From: Schmidtea nova
Lineage: Eukaryota
Assembly: GCA_044892505.1 (NCBI GenBank)
Contig: CM097882.1
Span: forward strand, 394,568,001-394,632,000
Direction of reading: 5' to 3'
Length of the DNA stretch: 64,000 nt
Made by a program: the position numbers and the translations under genes. A model generated the notes under the pieces. The model did not search any database. It was not told the DNA's origin and worked only from the letters and a program-made list of their open reading frames with translations. This document shows, piece after piece, positions 39,501-50,914 of this stretch; position 1 is the stretch's first letter, and the number at the start of each line of letters is the position of its first letter.

Positions 39501-39799
39501 ATTTATATTTTTTTAATTCACAAAAATTGGTCTTCAATAAAAATTGAAAATATTAACAATGTCCAAACATGACTGGAACACATAAAAAACTGAAAACAAG
39601 TACTTACAATTAAAGAAAAAACCAAAAGCTTTTTTTGAAAATCTGAATTAGAAAATCGCCTACTTTTCATCTCTCATTTAAAAAAAAATTTTAATTTGAA
39701 AAAAAAATAATTTCATTTAAATTTTGGATTTTAGCGCCCTTTGTTCGTGTAGCGCCCCGATGCTTTACATCTTCTGCTTCATCGGTAAAGCCGGGCCTG
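36532..39799 (-). mobile_element. ZMYM1-like hAT inserted in the outer transposase; complete but frameshifted transposase (~39290-36743)
   Basis: CAGGCCC...GGGCCTG ends with TSD ATTGCAC(C). Removing it restores SKISLLHQTLVRRI. Motifs include LSGAEYRKRK, FCSCCKLF, LALRG, LDCTPDISH, GQGYDNG, CAAHTLNL and GERSFSRLK. Confidence 0.93.
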
Positions 39800-39970
39800 A
39801 TTGCACCAAACCTTAGTCAGGCGAATTGATGAAATAGGAAATTCTATAAAAAAAGTTTGGAGAATAGATCTACTAATTTTAAATTTTATGATTTGGCGGT
39901 TGATGAAAGTACTGATGCTATTGATACAGCTCAATTGGGAATTTTTATTAGAGGTATTGATGATGAATAT

Positions 39971-40784
39971 TGTAAAAATCCAGGACGAGCGAGGCAATTA
40001 ATTAATTTTGTTATCCGTTTGTGAAAAGTTGGTTGTGGAGGGATATGTGTTGTTTTATGGATGTTAAGATTCTATTTAAGTGAATGTTTGCTTTAGACTC
40101 TAAAGTTTAGAGGAATTGTAGAGCCCGAGAGAATCAAATAAAATATCGTTTGGAGACACTCGGGGTGTGTGCTTATATAATTGTGTGTATGTGTGAGATT
40201 GTGTGTTGATCTAATATGTGGATTAACAATAACAAAATAAAACAAAAACAAGTATAAATAATAGCAATTTTTATTAAGATTAAAAATTTCAATAAGTCTA
40301 CTCACAAACTCGACGATATCTTATTTGACTGTCTTAACAATTCGCAACTGGATAAAAACTTCAATAAGTCTACCCACAGATTCGACGATATTTTGGTTTT
40401 CTTTTTTTCTTAAATCTATGCGTAATTAAAATTTTGTGGAATCTTCTTTCGGCGTAAAATAGCTTGATTATAACTTATAAAGTTTATCAATTTTCAAATT
40501 TCTTCTTATTTAGTTTTTTAATTGTCATAGGTTATTCTACATAGGTTACTCCTTAGTAATTAATTTTTTAATCTAACATTCAATTTCTGTTATTGATTTT
40601 TTTCTTATTTTATTTTGAATTTTTTCTTATTATTATTTTCAAGTGATAATAAATATAATTAACATAGGGGGGTTATCCGGTCTCTGCAATGACACACACC
40701 ATAATCAGAGCGGTAACAATAATCGTACTAACAACAATAAAGATAATAACAAAAAAACAATGATAAAATTATACAGCATTCACA
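39971..40784. mobile_element. Solo LTR (814 bp)
   Basis: TGT...ACA termini with a 5-bp TSD AATAT. Removing it restores the outer transposase frame GIDDEY-NITKEMASL. Confidence 0.88.
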
Positions 40785-42005
40785 AATATAATATCACTAA
40801 AGAAATGGCTTCTTTACGGCCATTAAAAAGACACAACTAAATTTTTTACGAAGCAGTGAAAAATAAGTTGAAGCAATTTTCTTTGTCCCTTGGGATCATA
40901 TTTGGTATAGCTACTGAAAGTGCCCCGGTGATGAAATGTAAAACAAACGGACTTGTTAAATTAATAGAAAACGATGTAATTGTTTCCAAAAATTTACCAA
41001 GGATGAAATGTCACTGTATAGTACACCAAGAAAGTTTATGCGTACAAGCTTTACAGATGGATAGTGTAATGCGGGTTACCATAAAATGTGTAAACTTTAT
41101 AAAGGCTAAGGGTTTGAATCATTGCCAATTCCAGGAATTTCTTAAAAATATGGACGCTAATTATGGGGATATTATTAACTTTTCAGAAGTCGAGGTAAAA
41201 TGATAACAAGATCTTATGATTTACGAAATGAAATAAAGTTATATTTGGAATCAGAAACCAAATTTGTGTCAGAGCTTGGTTATAAAAACTGGCTCACAGA
41301 TTTGGAATTTTTAGTAGATTTAACCTCTCATTTAAATGATTTAAACATGCGTCTTCAAGGTAAAAATCCATTTATCAGTGAAATGTTTCAAAATATTACA
41401 GCGTTTGAAAAAAAACTGAATCTGTAGCAATCTCAAATTAAGACAAACAATTTTATGCATTTTAAAACGTTGGATCAGCACCGCCCTGTAAACAACGAGA
41501 AATATTCAGCCTTGCTTGATGATTTGATACGCGAATTTGAAAGCAGATTTCAAGTTTTCCGAAAAAATGAGCAAATTTCATTATATTTGCGACTCCATTT
41601 TCAGCCGACATAAACATTACACCTACTAATTTTCAAATGTAGTGCAGAGTTACAAGCTGATATTCAACTTAGAGAAAGATTTAATAATGTTCTTTCACTG
41701 GACTTCTATAAGAAATATCTTTCTAGAGAAAAATATCATTTACTTCACAATCATGCCTAATTTATGTCATCTCTATTTGGAAGTACCTATATTTGTGAGC
41801 AACTTTTTTCAAGAATGAAGCATCTTGATAAGCATCTTGAAAACTCACTGGAGAATTGCAATTAGTTTCATCGAATTAAATATCGAAGCATTAGTCTCTC
41901 AAAATCCAAATCAGACTTCTCACTAATTTCATGTTGTCGTCTTGTTTTTAACTTGTATATATTCATAAATAAATAAAGTTTAAACAAACGTTGACATTGT
42001 TTTTA

Positions 42006-42190
42006 TATTAATATCAATAATTTACATAAGACTAGATAAAAAAAATTTTTAAACAAGTACACCATATTTCGACACAGCCTTTATCAATTGTGTATATAAA
42101 TACACACTTGATAAAGGCTGTGCTGAAATATTGTGTACTTGCTTAAAAAAATTTTGATCTATAGTCTTATGATAATTATTGATATTAATA
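42006..42190. repeat. ~185-bp imperfect palindrome (hairpin MITE-like)
   Basis: Arms such as CAAGTACACCATATTTCGACACAGCCTTTATCAA and TTGATAAAGGCTGTGCTGAAATATTGTGTACTTG surround a tiny loop. Confidence 0.85.
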
Positions 42191-42257
42191 TTAAAAAAAG
42201 ATCAAAAGTGAAACAAAAAGATAATTATGATATTGTTTTTTTGGTAATGAACTAGTT

Positions 42258-44598
42258 GGTTCTAAGAAAAAATGGTACGGACAAAATAGTACGGACAAAA
42301 TGGTATACGGACAAAATAGTACGAACAAAATGGTACGGACAAAATATTACGGACAAAATGGTACGGATAAAATGGTAGTAGGATAAAATTAAATAATGGA
42401 TAAAGTAGTATAGCTTTGAGTCTATTTAAATATAACAACAAGTTTTATTTTTCAGTTATAAGAGCTGTAATGGGTAATTACTCTAATACATAATTATATA
42501 ATACATAGTATATTACTTGTAAGATGTATTTATATAAACTATTCATATTTATAGCATTTACATTTATTATTTGAATGTTGTGGTATATTGAAATTGTTCG
42601 AAATATTATTAATATTTAAATTAATTCTCCATATATGAATTAAGAAAATACGTTGTTTAAATAAAATATATTATTCACGTCTTTGAATTTGTTGATGTAT
42701 AAAACTAAAACGAATCCTAACATTACTGATAAGAGAAACTTAGCAAGTAAGTAGGTTAGGTTGCATTTAATTATCATAAATGTCATACGCATTCACATGA
42801 TTGTAATAAAAATTCAATACAAAAATTTAGACTAGTAAAAGAAAAATATATGAAAGACAATAAATTAGTTAGAGTTATAAAAAATTAATGTCAGAAATCT
42901 AAGACTTATGGTTTATTCAGTTATAAGTATTCGTATATTCTTATGAACTGTTGCAAAAGTCACTGTTAGACAACATCTATATTGAACACTCGTGCAATAT
43001 CTCCCAGATATGTAATCGAATCTCGGTTGTTTAAATCGGTGACCATGGTGTGAAGTGCTTCATTGATGCAAATGAATTCTTCTTATTTCCAGTTGTTGTT
43101 CCTAGCTCCAGTTGACAGCTATGAAATTGAGTGCTGTGCTGCTCCTGTTGTAGTTTTCGTGCTAATTTTGTAACGGATGGATTAGCAAAGTCAATGACGT
43201 TGTTGAAAGTATTTTGCCAGCCTTCTAATGCATTGTTGCTGCGAGGCAGGTCGTCGTTGAATATTGATTCCACAGTCGAATTGCAAATTTTGACTAACCT
43301 CTTCTTCCTCGTCTTTACCTGCCGATGAAATTTTCCTCCATATAATTGCAAATTGCCTCAATTTCTTGATACATAAAATCCGCAGTTAGAGTTTCAAAAA
43401 CTTGTATTACTTCATCTGCAGGAATAAATGCAAGATCAAAAAGACGTACGGATAGTAATGTGTAGACTACAGAAAAAACTTCTCTATTGCGAAAACCGTG
43501 TATTGTATATAATTGTTCAAATCCATTTTGGACTACTCGAAATGTTCCATCAGCAAACTAATGTTAGCACCTGGAAAGGAAATCTAAATCAACGTCTGCT
43601 GCAAAGAAGATTAGGTTATTTCATTTGACACGGATGAATGGACGGTTGCTCTTTGTCAGAAAATAAAACATACTATCCTGTTGATTATTTTTTCCAGCCA
43701 GTTGCTGGAGTCTTGGTGCAGCTCGTGATAAAGTCGGAAGATTTGGAATTAGATGAGCTGATGCAAATGGGACGTTCATCAACTCATTCTGAACAATCGA
43801 ACGCATTGCTTCTTTACTTGCTTTGGCTCTCCTTTTCATGTTGCGACTAGCCCTTTCAACATTGACTTGTCCATGAGTTACTGTGTGATTGTGAACTCCA
43901 ACTTCAAGAACAATCGCATCTACCTGTGTATGAAGTCGTGCCTTATACGTTCTTCTTTCACAACGCCACAGCTCCTTGCCATCACTGCCATCGGTGTTCT
44001 TGCTAAACAAATAACCTTGAACTATCAGCTTTCAAGTTCCTTTTTGAAATATAACAAATTCTAATAATGCTAAAAATTAAATAAATTATAAAAATAATAA
44101 ATCTAATAGTAAATATTAATAATTAATAAGCTTCAAAGTTATTAATTTATAAAAGTTCGAAAGTTGCAATCGAGTTAATTATTTAAGTTATATTTAAAAC
44201 AATGCATTTTCATTTGAATCTTTTAGTTTAGAATCTTTAGATCGAAAATCATATAAACAAATTTTAGCACGGGTAAAAATAAAATAAATTAATAATAAAT
44301 CTAATAGTAAATATTATTAGTTAATACACTTCAAAGTTAATAATTAATAAAACTTCGAAAGTTTCTATTGAGTTAATTATCTTAGAGTATTTAAGTTATA
44401 TTTAATAAAATGTATTTTCATTTGAATCTTTTAATTTAGAGCAAAGGTTAGGTCATATATTAATATATTTTAAAAATGTACCATTTGTCAATATACCATT
44501 TTGTCCGAACCATTTCGTTCATACCATTTTTCTCCGTACCATTTTGTCCGTACCATTTTGTTAGTTCCATTTTGTCCTATACTATTTTACCGGCCACC
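42258..44598 (-). mobile_element. Second FLYWCH-MULE (transposase ~44066-42966, decayed)
   Basis: GGT...ACC ends with TSD AACTAGTT (42250-42257, 44599-44606) and terminal arrays of AAAATGGTACGGAC. The protein is collinear with the 22890-24180 copy. Confidence 0.9.
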
Positions 44599-44691
44599 AA
44601 CTAGTTAGGATGTTTTACATGTGGCCCAAACAGATTCGTTTTTTAAATATGGCCCAGGAAGTCTAAGAGGTTGGACATCCCTGCTTTAGAG

Positions 44692-44730
<39 letters not shown>

Positions 44731-45541
44731 GCATCGAGACTATTTTTCCCTGACGGATATTTATCTATTGAACCAGGGTTTATTGTCCTATACAGAATTA
44801 TATTATTCACTTTTGATAGTCATCAAATCTTTAAATTTATTTTGAATCCTCTTTCCGTAATAATAATTCAAAATATTACTTTTTATTGAAAGTCTTAAAT
44901 TGATTTGCATCCGCCCAAAGAACTTGCGAATACTGATTGTATACAGCTTACAGGAGTTCTCTATAAAGCGCAAAATATTTGCCTCTAAATACAAAATAAT
45001 ATTCTTTAATTGATAGAAAATCATTTCCCAAAGTAGACCCTTTCGAAAGTAGATTCTTACATATTTGATTAAATTTTATCTAAAGTGTATCTTGTTTTGA
45101 TTCTTCTTTGCTGAAAATATATCTAGACCAATATCTTGTTTGAGTGATTATTCAAAAGGTGGTCAAACAACCAAAATATAGAATTTTTAGTAATAAAGTA
45201 AAAATTTTACAGATGACAAAAAAGCCTCACCTTATGTTGGATCCCTATTGTGGCAAAAGCCTTTAAAATGTTGAATTTTATCATATTCAGGCTATGAGGA
45301 CAATTTGTACTGAACCAATTATCAATAAATGACTGACCAAGTACAATAATCAAATAATTTCAGTGTCATTTGTATTTTATCGTTTAATTTTAAATTTAAA
45401 TATGTTTGATTGCAATAAATTACAAACAAAAAAAGTTTTTTTTCCACTAATACTGGGTCCCACTACTTGATATACTGCATCATTTCTAAATTCCGTTTAA
45501 ATTTAATTACTTAATCAATTTGTTTATATTTGTTAAATAAA

Positions 45542-46254
45542 ATGTTGAGTAATATCAATTATAAAAGAAGATGTTCAGTCGATGAGATGAAATTTCAAAT
45601 TGGGAAACCACAACAAATAATTGATAGAAGTGGAAAATACCGAATTTTATTTTTCAAAACTGGAAAATTTCGGATAATGGGTCTAAACCAGTGCTTTTCA
45701 AAGTGGTGGTCCGTGGACCGTTGCCGATCCACGAGTCCATAGTGACCGGTCCGCAGAACATTTTTGTAAATTTTATTTTATTTTTAAGCTTTAAAATATT
45801 TACACTAGCACAAATAAGGTTATCCATCATTTCGGCCCAGTTTTCTTTTAATCCACTTTTTAAACATTAAAAGGAAAATAGAAATTAAAAATGTTATGTT
45901 TTCATTATTATTACATGCCGGTCCGTAGCAGGATAGGAAAAAAATTACCGGTCCGCGACACAAAAAAGTTTGAGAAGCACTGGTCTAAACAAATACTTCA
46001 AAAAGAAGATTTAGAAATTCAATTAATTACTTTGACTTTTGATATTGGTGAATTTATTAATTTATTTGATTTACAATGTAAAGTCAAATGCGTTTTTGAA
46101 TCTGAAATATTTTCTGTGTTACGAACTCAAAAATATGATCCATTATGTGTCACCATTTTTATCTAGTGGTAAAGTTGTGATACTTGGAATAAAAACTTTG
46201 AAATACAAAGAATTTCTAGAAAAAATTGAAATAAAACATTTTATTAAACAATAA
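45542..46254 (+). pseudogene. Divergent intronless TATA-binding-protein (TBP)-fold gene, broken by a MITE and two frameshifts
   Basis: The reconstruction reads MLSNINY..ILFFKTGKFRIMG / IQLITLTFDIGEFINLFDL..VFESEIFSVLR..PLCVTIF(S)SGKVVILGIK. This parallels TBP LQNIVS..LIFSSGKMVCTG / IQNMVGSCDV..IRLEGL..YEPELFPGL..LIFVSGKVVLTGAK. Confidence 0.72.
45689..45982. mobile_element. hAT MITE inserted in the TBP-like gene
   Basis: CAGTGCTTTTCAAA...TTTGAGAAGCACTG with a perfect TSD GTCTAAAC. Confidence 0.93.
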
Positions 46255-46332
46255 ATTTTTATTTTTTTTAATTTTATTATGAAAAAGTCTATTTTGTACT
46301 AAATATATGAATCAATACATACTATTATGAAT

Positions 46333-46396
46333 ATGGGTAATCCGGACACTATTTTTGTGTTCAATCCGGACAATTTTGAATGTCCGGATTACCCAT
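46333..46396. repeat. 16-bp perfect inverted repeat ATGGGTAATCCGGACA
   Basis: Arms at 46333-46348 and 46381-46396. Confidence 0.85.
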
Positions 46397-46703
46397 TTTC
46401 ACTATGTATATATTAACATATAGTATTGTGTAATAAATATATGAATCAATACACGATTTTTAACAAAAAATGTATCTCAATATTATATCATAAAAATATA
46501 GAATTTCAATAATCTTATGCAACTTTTTGTATTTTTATGTGAAAGTTACCAAATAAAAATGGATAATTATGCAATTTTTGAAAAAAAAATTAAATTTACG
46601 TAATTTTATTGTTGAAATTATGTCACTTTTTAAAAAACTTTCGCAGGGAGGGGGCTCATTAAATAATGTAAAAGGTCACTGAGATATTTGGATTGATCTA
46701 GAT

Positions 46704-47068
46704 CAGGGGTTGCGAACCTTTCCATTGCAAAGAGCCAAATATTAAATTTTGATCCAGTTTAAAATATTAAAGAGCCACATGAAAAATACCATGGTATATA
46801 TCTCATTCAAAATGCATATAGTATAACTTATATGTCATAACAAGTAAAACAAAATAAATTGCAGTTTTAATTAAATATTAATTAGAAAAGTAAACAATTT
46901 TAAAGAATATCTTTGAAAATTAAATGTGAACATTATAAATGAACCTATTTAGGCAAAAGTATCTTCCAAAAGCCACACTATGAAATTATAACAGCAAATT
47001 ACCCAAGAGCTACATGAAAAAGCTTAAAGAGCCGTATGCGGCTCGCCAGACGCATGTTCCCGACCCTG
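46704..47068. mobile_element. hAT MITE
   Basis: Termini CAGGGGTTGCGAAC and GTTCCCGACCCTG, with internal AAGAGCC(G/A)CA subterminal motifs. Confidence 0.75.
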
Positions 47069-47499
47069 ATATATTTAGCTAGCATTCCTCTACTCCCACT
47101 GTATACATTACCAACTCAGTCATCGGGAGAATGATTGTGGGTATACTTGTGGGGAAGAAAGATAAAAGTTCATGCTGGAAGTTGTTTTTGAAAAAGAGGA
47201 AAAGAGATGAATAACCTTAAAAACACAGTTAGCACATCAGTTGGTGATTTTTAGATTGAATGGGAATTTCTAGATTGAAGTACTCACGTCTGTGCGAGTT
47301 AGTTTTTTCGATTTGTTGCTGAAATTTAATTTTGGTATTTTGAATTGAAATATTTTATGAGAATTAATTTAGTTGTTTTGTCAGATCTCTTTGAGTTATT
47401 TTAGAATTTGGAATTTTGGTTTTTTTTTGGAAAGTTGTTTAAAACTTTTGAATTTGGTGAGTGATTTTCTTGTTTATTGTTGATCGACAATTTTAATCA

Positions 47500-48785
47500 A
47501 CCTTTGTGAAAATTGAAAAGGAAAAGATGACAAAATTGATGACAATGTTGCATTTGATTCTGGAAATCGTGTAACAATGAAAAGCGATATTCTTATGATG
47601 TGTTATGGTTCAATAGGAAACGATTTATCAAATGAAACCGATATCGGGAAGGATTGTGACAGTAATTCGTTAGATTTCAACGTTGAGTATATGAAAAAAG
47701 CCACCGCAAGTTTCATTCGCAGATGCCATGGGAATTCTTTCAATTCAAATGAATGTCTTCGTTATCGTCTTGATTTAAATATGACAATCGTGTTAATACT
47801 TTCGCGTGTCTCTGGCGATAATCCACCTGAAGATCGCTTCAAAATCTAAGTGGAAATTTCCGTAGAATATTGACAAAAGAAGATTTACTGCAATTGCTAT
47901 TTTCTCACCATCAGTTTATATAGTTCTGTATATACAGTTGTGGCCTTAAGTGATTCGTTCTCATCTTGATGAAGAAGCATTATCTGCAACCATTTACATT
48001 GTTTGGATGGACTCATGTGACACTGCTAATAACAGTCACTTCTTCACATTTTATGATGAACTGTTTATTCTATGGAATTATGTCGTGTGCAGTTACAGTT
48101 TCTATGAATCTATTATTATGTATGTTTAGGTTTTTCGTCGGGAGAACTCCGCTAATTTAAATTTCTACATTGGTCTTTGCTAATCTTTTCTCTCAGGCCT
48201 TGATCAACTGCCCTGGATCTAACATCAGTAATGATAAACTTTTAAATGTGAAGGTAAAAGGTAAAGAAAAATATAAATAATTTACACAAACATTACAGAA
48301 GATGAACTTTCGGGACAAAATTGGTTCAAAATAATTGTTCTGTTAAATAAATCTGATCTTGATAGTGAAGAAACAGAAATTTTGGAATTAGTTGGCAGAT
48401 ACGATCACTTATTCAAAGATAGAAATGAAACTTGCGAATACTTGTGCATCAGTATGGTGATTTCAGATTTATAATCTTTTAAAATTTCAAGTTTAGGTTG
48501 ATGAGGACATTTGACAACGGAGCCTGGTTTATACTCAACGATGAATTATTTATCATGTTGACTCGTTTATCGGATCTGTGTGCAAACTTCCAGTCATCAA
48601 GTGCAGAATGTAATCGCAGTTTTAACCTTATGAAGTCAGTCAAGGTCAAATCTCAGAACTGTCTGGAAATGGAAAACTGTGACACTGATAAAGACACAGT
48701 GATAAAGTTTTGTCAAGGATCTAAATTAGAAATCAATCTCGACAAAGTTTATCAGATAGTCGTTTCCAAAGAATATTCAGCAGCA
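47500..48785 (+). pseudogene. Heavily decayed hAT-type transposase
   Basis: The C-terminal LCANFQSSSAECNRSFNLMKSVKVKSQNCL resembles the hAT dimerisation motif SxAxxERxFSxMxxxKxxxRNxL. Upstream frames are broken. Confidence 0.6.
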
Positions 48786-49253
48786 NNNNNNNNNNNNNNN
48801 NNNNNNNNNNNNNNNNNNNNNNNNNNNNNNNNNNNNNNNNNNNNNNNNNNNNNNNNNNNNNNNNNNNNNNNNNNNNNNNNNNNNNNNNNNNNNNNNNNNN
48901 NNNNNNNNNNNNNNNNNNNNNNNNNNNNNNNCCAAGATAGTTCTGGTAAAATCTTGTAATCTAATTTGACTCACTTCCACATATTCGATTGACTTGAAAT
49001 TACATACATGCATAGTACTAATAATAATGAAAAAATTATATTTTATTTTGAGTTAATAATAAAAAAGTTACAAAAATATTGTATAATTGTAAGATTCTAC
49101 TTTTAAAGATAATTAACATTCTTACAGCATAAAATTTCAATTTAAAGTGACATAAATTAAATTATACCATTTAATAAAGATAATAACAAACTATTTTTAG
49201 CCTCAAAAATAAAACATTATTTTATATTAATTAAAAATAATATAAAGAAATAA

Positions 49254-49291
<38 letters not shown>

Positions 49292-49753
49292 GGTATTATG
49301 ATCAGTACAAAATGNNNNNNNNNNNNNNNNNNNNNNNNNNNNNNNNNNNNNNNNNNNNNNNNNNNNNNNNNNNNNNNNNNNNNNNNNNNNNNNNNNNNNN
49401 NNNNNNNNNNNNNNNNNNNNNNNNNNNNNNNNNNNNNNNNNNNNNNNNNNNNNNNNNNNNNNNNNNNNNNNNNNNNNNNNNNNNNNNNNNNNNNNNNNNN
49501 NNNNNNNNNNNNNNNNNNNNNNNNNNNNNNNNTTTTATTTTCTCTTCTTCGCGCCTGTGTGCGCAGTGGTTAATTTTGAAAGAATGATAATTTTGGTTAT
49601 CACGTCTGTGTGCGTGGTCGTATGTTTGTTTATCGCGTCTGTGTGCGCGTGGGTAATTTGGTTGTTGTTTTTGTGAAATTGATTTTAATTTTTATTTAGA
49701 TTTGGTTTTTAATTGAATTTCAAAAAAATCTAGGTGTTTAAATAATCAGTAAC

Positions 49754-50533
49754 ATGTTGGTTTTTCAAAAGGGAGTTTCGCTCAAATTAATGGTGACATG
49801 GTCTGAAAGTCAACTTTGTGATTTGGAGGAATTTGGCATTGAGAATGAGGTTCCAGTTGATTATAATTCCTTTATTTGTGTTAGTGATGAAAATACGTCA
49901 ACGGATAACGAGAAAGAAGAGGCGTCGGAAGATTATTCAAACATAGACGAATCAGGCAATGATATTAATAATTACGAAAATGACGATCTCAAGCAGCCTT
50001 GTGGAGATAATTCAACACAAGAGCAGGTTTTTAAGAGTTTAAAGGAAATAATAACTAAAACCAGTAAATCGCTTAAAAGAAAACTTGATGACGTCGATGG
50101 AAACGATAAAGATGTGAAACGAACGAAACTCGATGAAGACAAAACCGAATGTAAGTGTTTTAGAGTTATCCTGAGAAAAGATGCCCTGTATGTGCTGGCG
50201 AGTGAGATGAGGCCATTTGATATCGATGAGAGGAATTACAAAAGAAAACTTTTATTGGCAATTCTGTTACAAGGAGCGTCGAAGAGCGAAGGAGAAAATT
50301 GTTACTCGCTGGAATTAATTGGATTAATCAAATATTCTTGTCAGAGTTCCACGGCGGAATCAGAGAGCTGGTTGTCGATTAAATCCGATCTTTCTCATAT
50401 ATCGAGTGATCACATAATCAATATTTCTGGCGAATCAACTGACAACAAGTCCTTAGAAACAATCTCTATCATATATCATGTAATAAATCTTCTGATTTCG
50501 GTCATTTCGGTCAACAAAGAATTGTCAAACTAA
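49754..50533 (+). CDS. 259-aa ORF in the 5' LTR (acidic N-half, bipartite NLS-like KRK-x10-KRTK)
   Basis: The ORF is intact and its translation is identical to the 3' LTR copy. The frame continues past the TAA to 50821. Confidence 0.6.
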   Translation: MLVFQKGVSLKLMVTWSESQLCDLEEFGIENEVPVDYNSFICVSDENTSTDNEKEEASEDYSNIDESGNDINNYENDDLKQPCGDNSTQEQVFKSLKEIITKTSKSLKRKLDDVDGNDKDVKRTKLDEDKTECKCFRVILRKDALYVLASEMRPFDIDERNYKRKLLLAILLQGASKSEGENCYSLELIGLIKYSCQSSTAESESWLSIKSDLSHISSDHIINISGESTDNKSLETISIIYHVINLLISVISVNKELSN

Positions 50534-50914
50534 CATTCTTGGTTTGTGCCATTTTTGGACATATTCCGGCGATTGACGGCACAAATATTGACTTACTGTG
50601 CATTACACGGGTTGAATGGAATTATCAATGCTGTTTATTTAGTTACGGAAACTAATAAAGATTGTTCTTTGGTCGTTCAATTGATGATTTTACATGGTAG
50701 CAGAGCGTGGTTCCCACCGGGGGGCCACGCACACTCTGGAAATCTGTTAGTATACATTTTTATTAAAGATTCTATTATGTTTTTTGTCAATTTTTATAAA
50801 TGGGTTAAATTTGTAATTTGAGTATGGACCAACATTCCCTCCCAAGCGCGTTTTGAATGGGAAGTGAGGTTAGGGGATAAGAGGCGAAAGTTGAAGGTGA
50901 TTAATGAAAGGTAA

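Larger units (their letters stand above)
35764..44683 (+). mobile_element. GTF2IRD2/SPIN-like hAT transposon (outer member of a nest)
   Basis: TIRs CAGGCTTGTCCGACC and GGTTGGACATCCCTG with a perfect 8-bp TSD CTTTAGAG (35756-35763, 44684-44691). Transposase pieces lie at 36078-36531, 39800-39970 and 40790-41930 (FNEKWTDDYFF..CLIC..KDYNLKRHY..H; AVDESTD; CIVHQESL; FGSTYICEQLFSRMK). Confidence 0.92.

Noticed and set aside
42260-44600. Short tandem arrays at the MULE ends (also 21950-22040 and 24490-24620) as CRISPR-like arrays
   Set aside because: The context is eukaryotic, there are no unique spacers, and the arrays are inverted at transposon ends.
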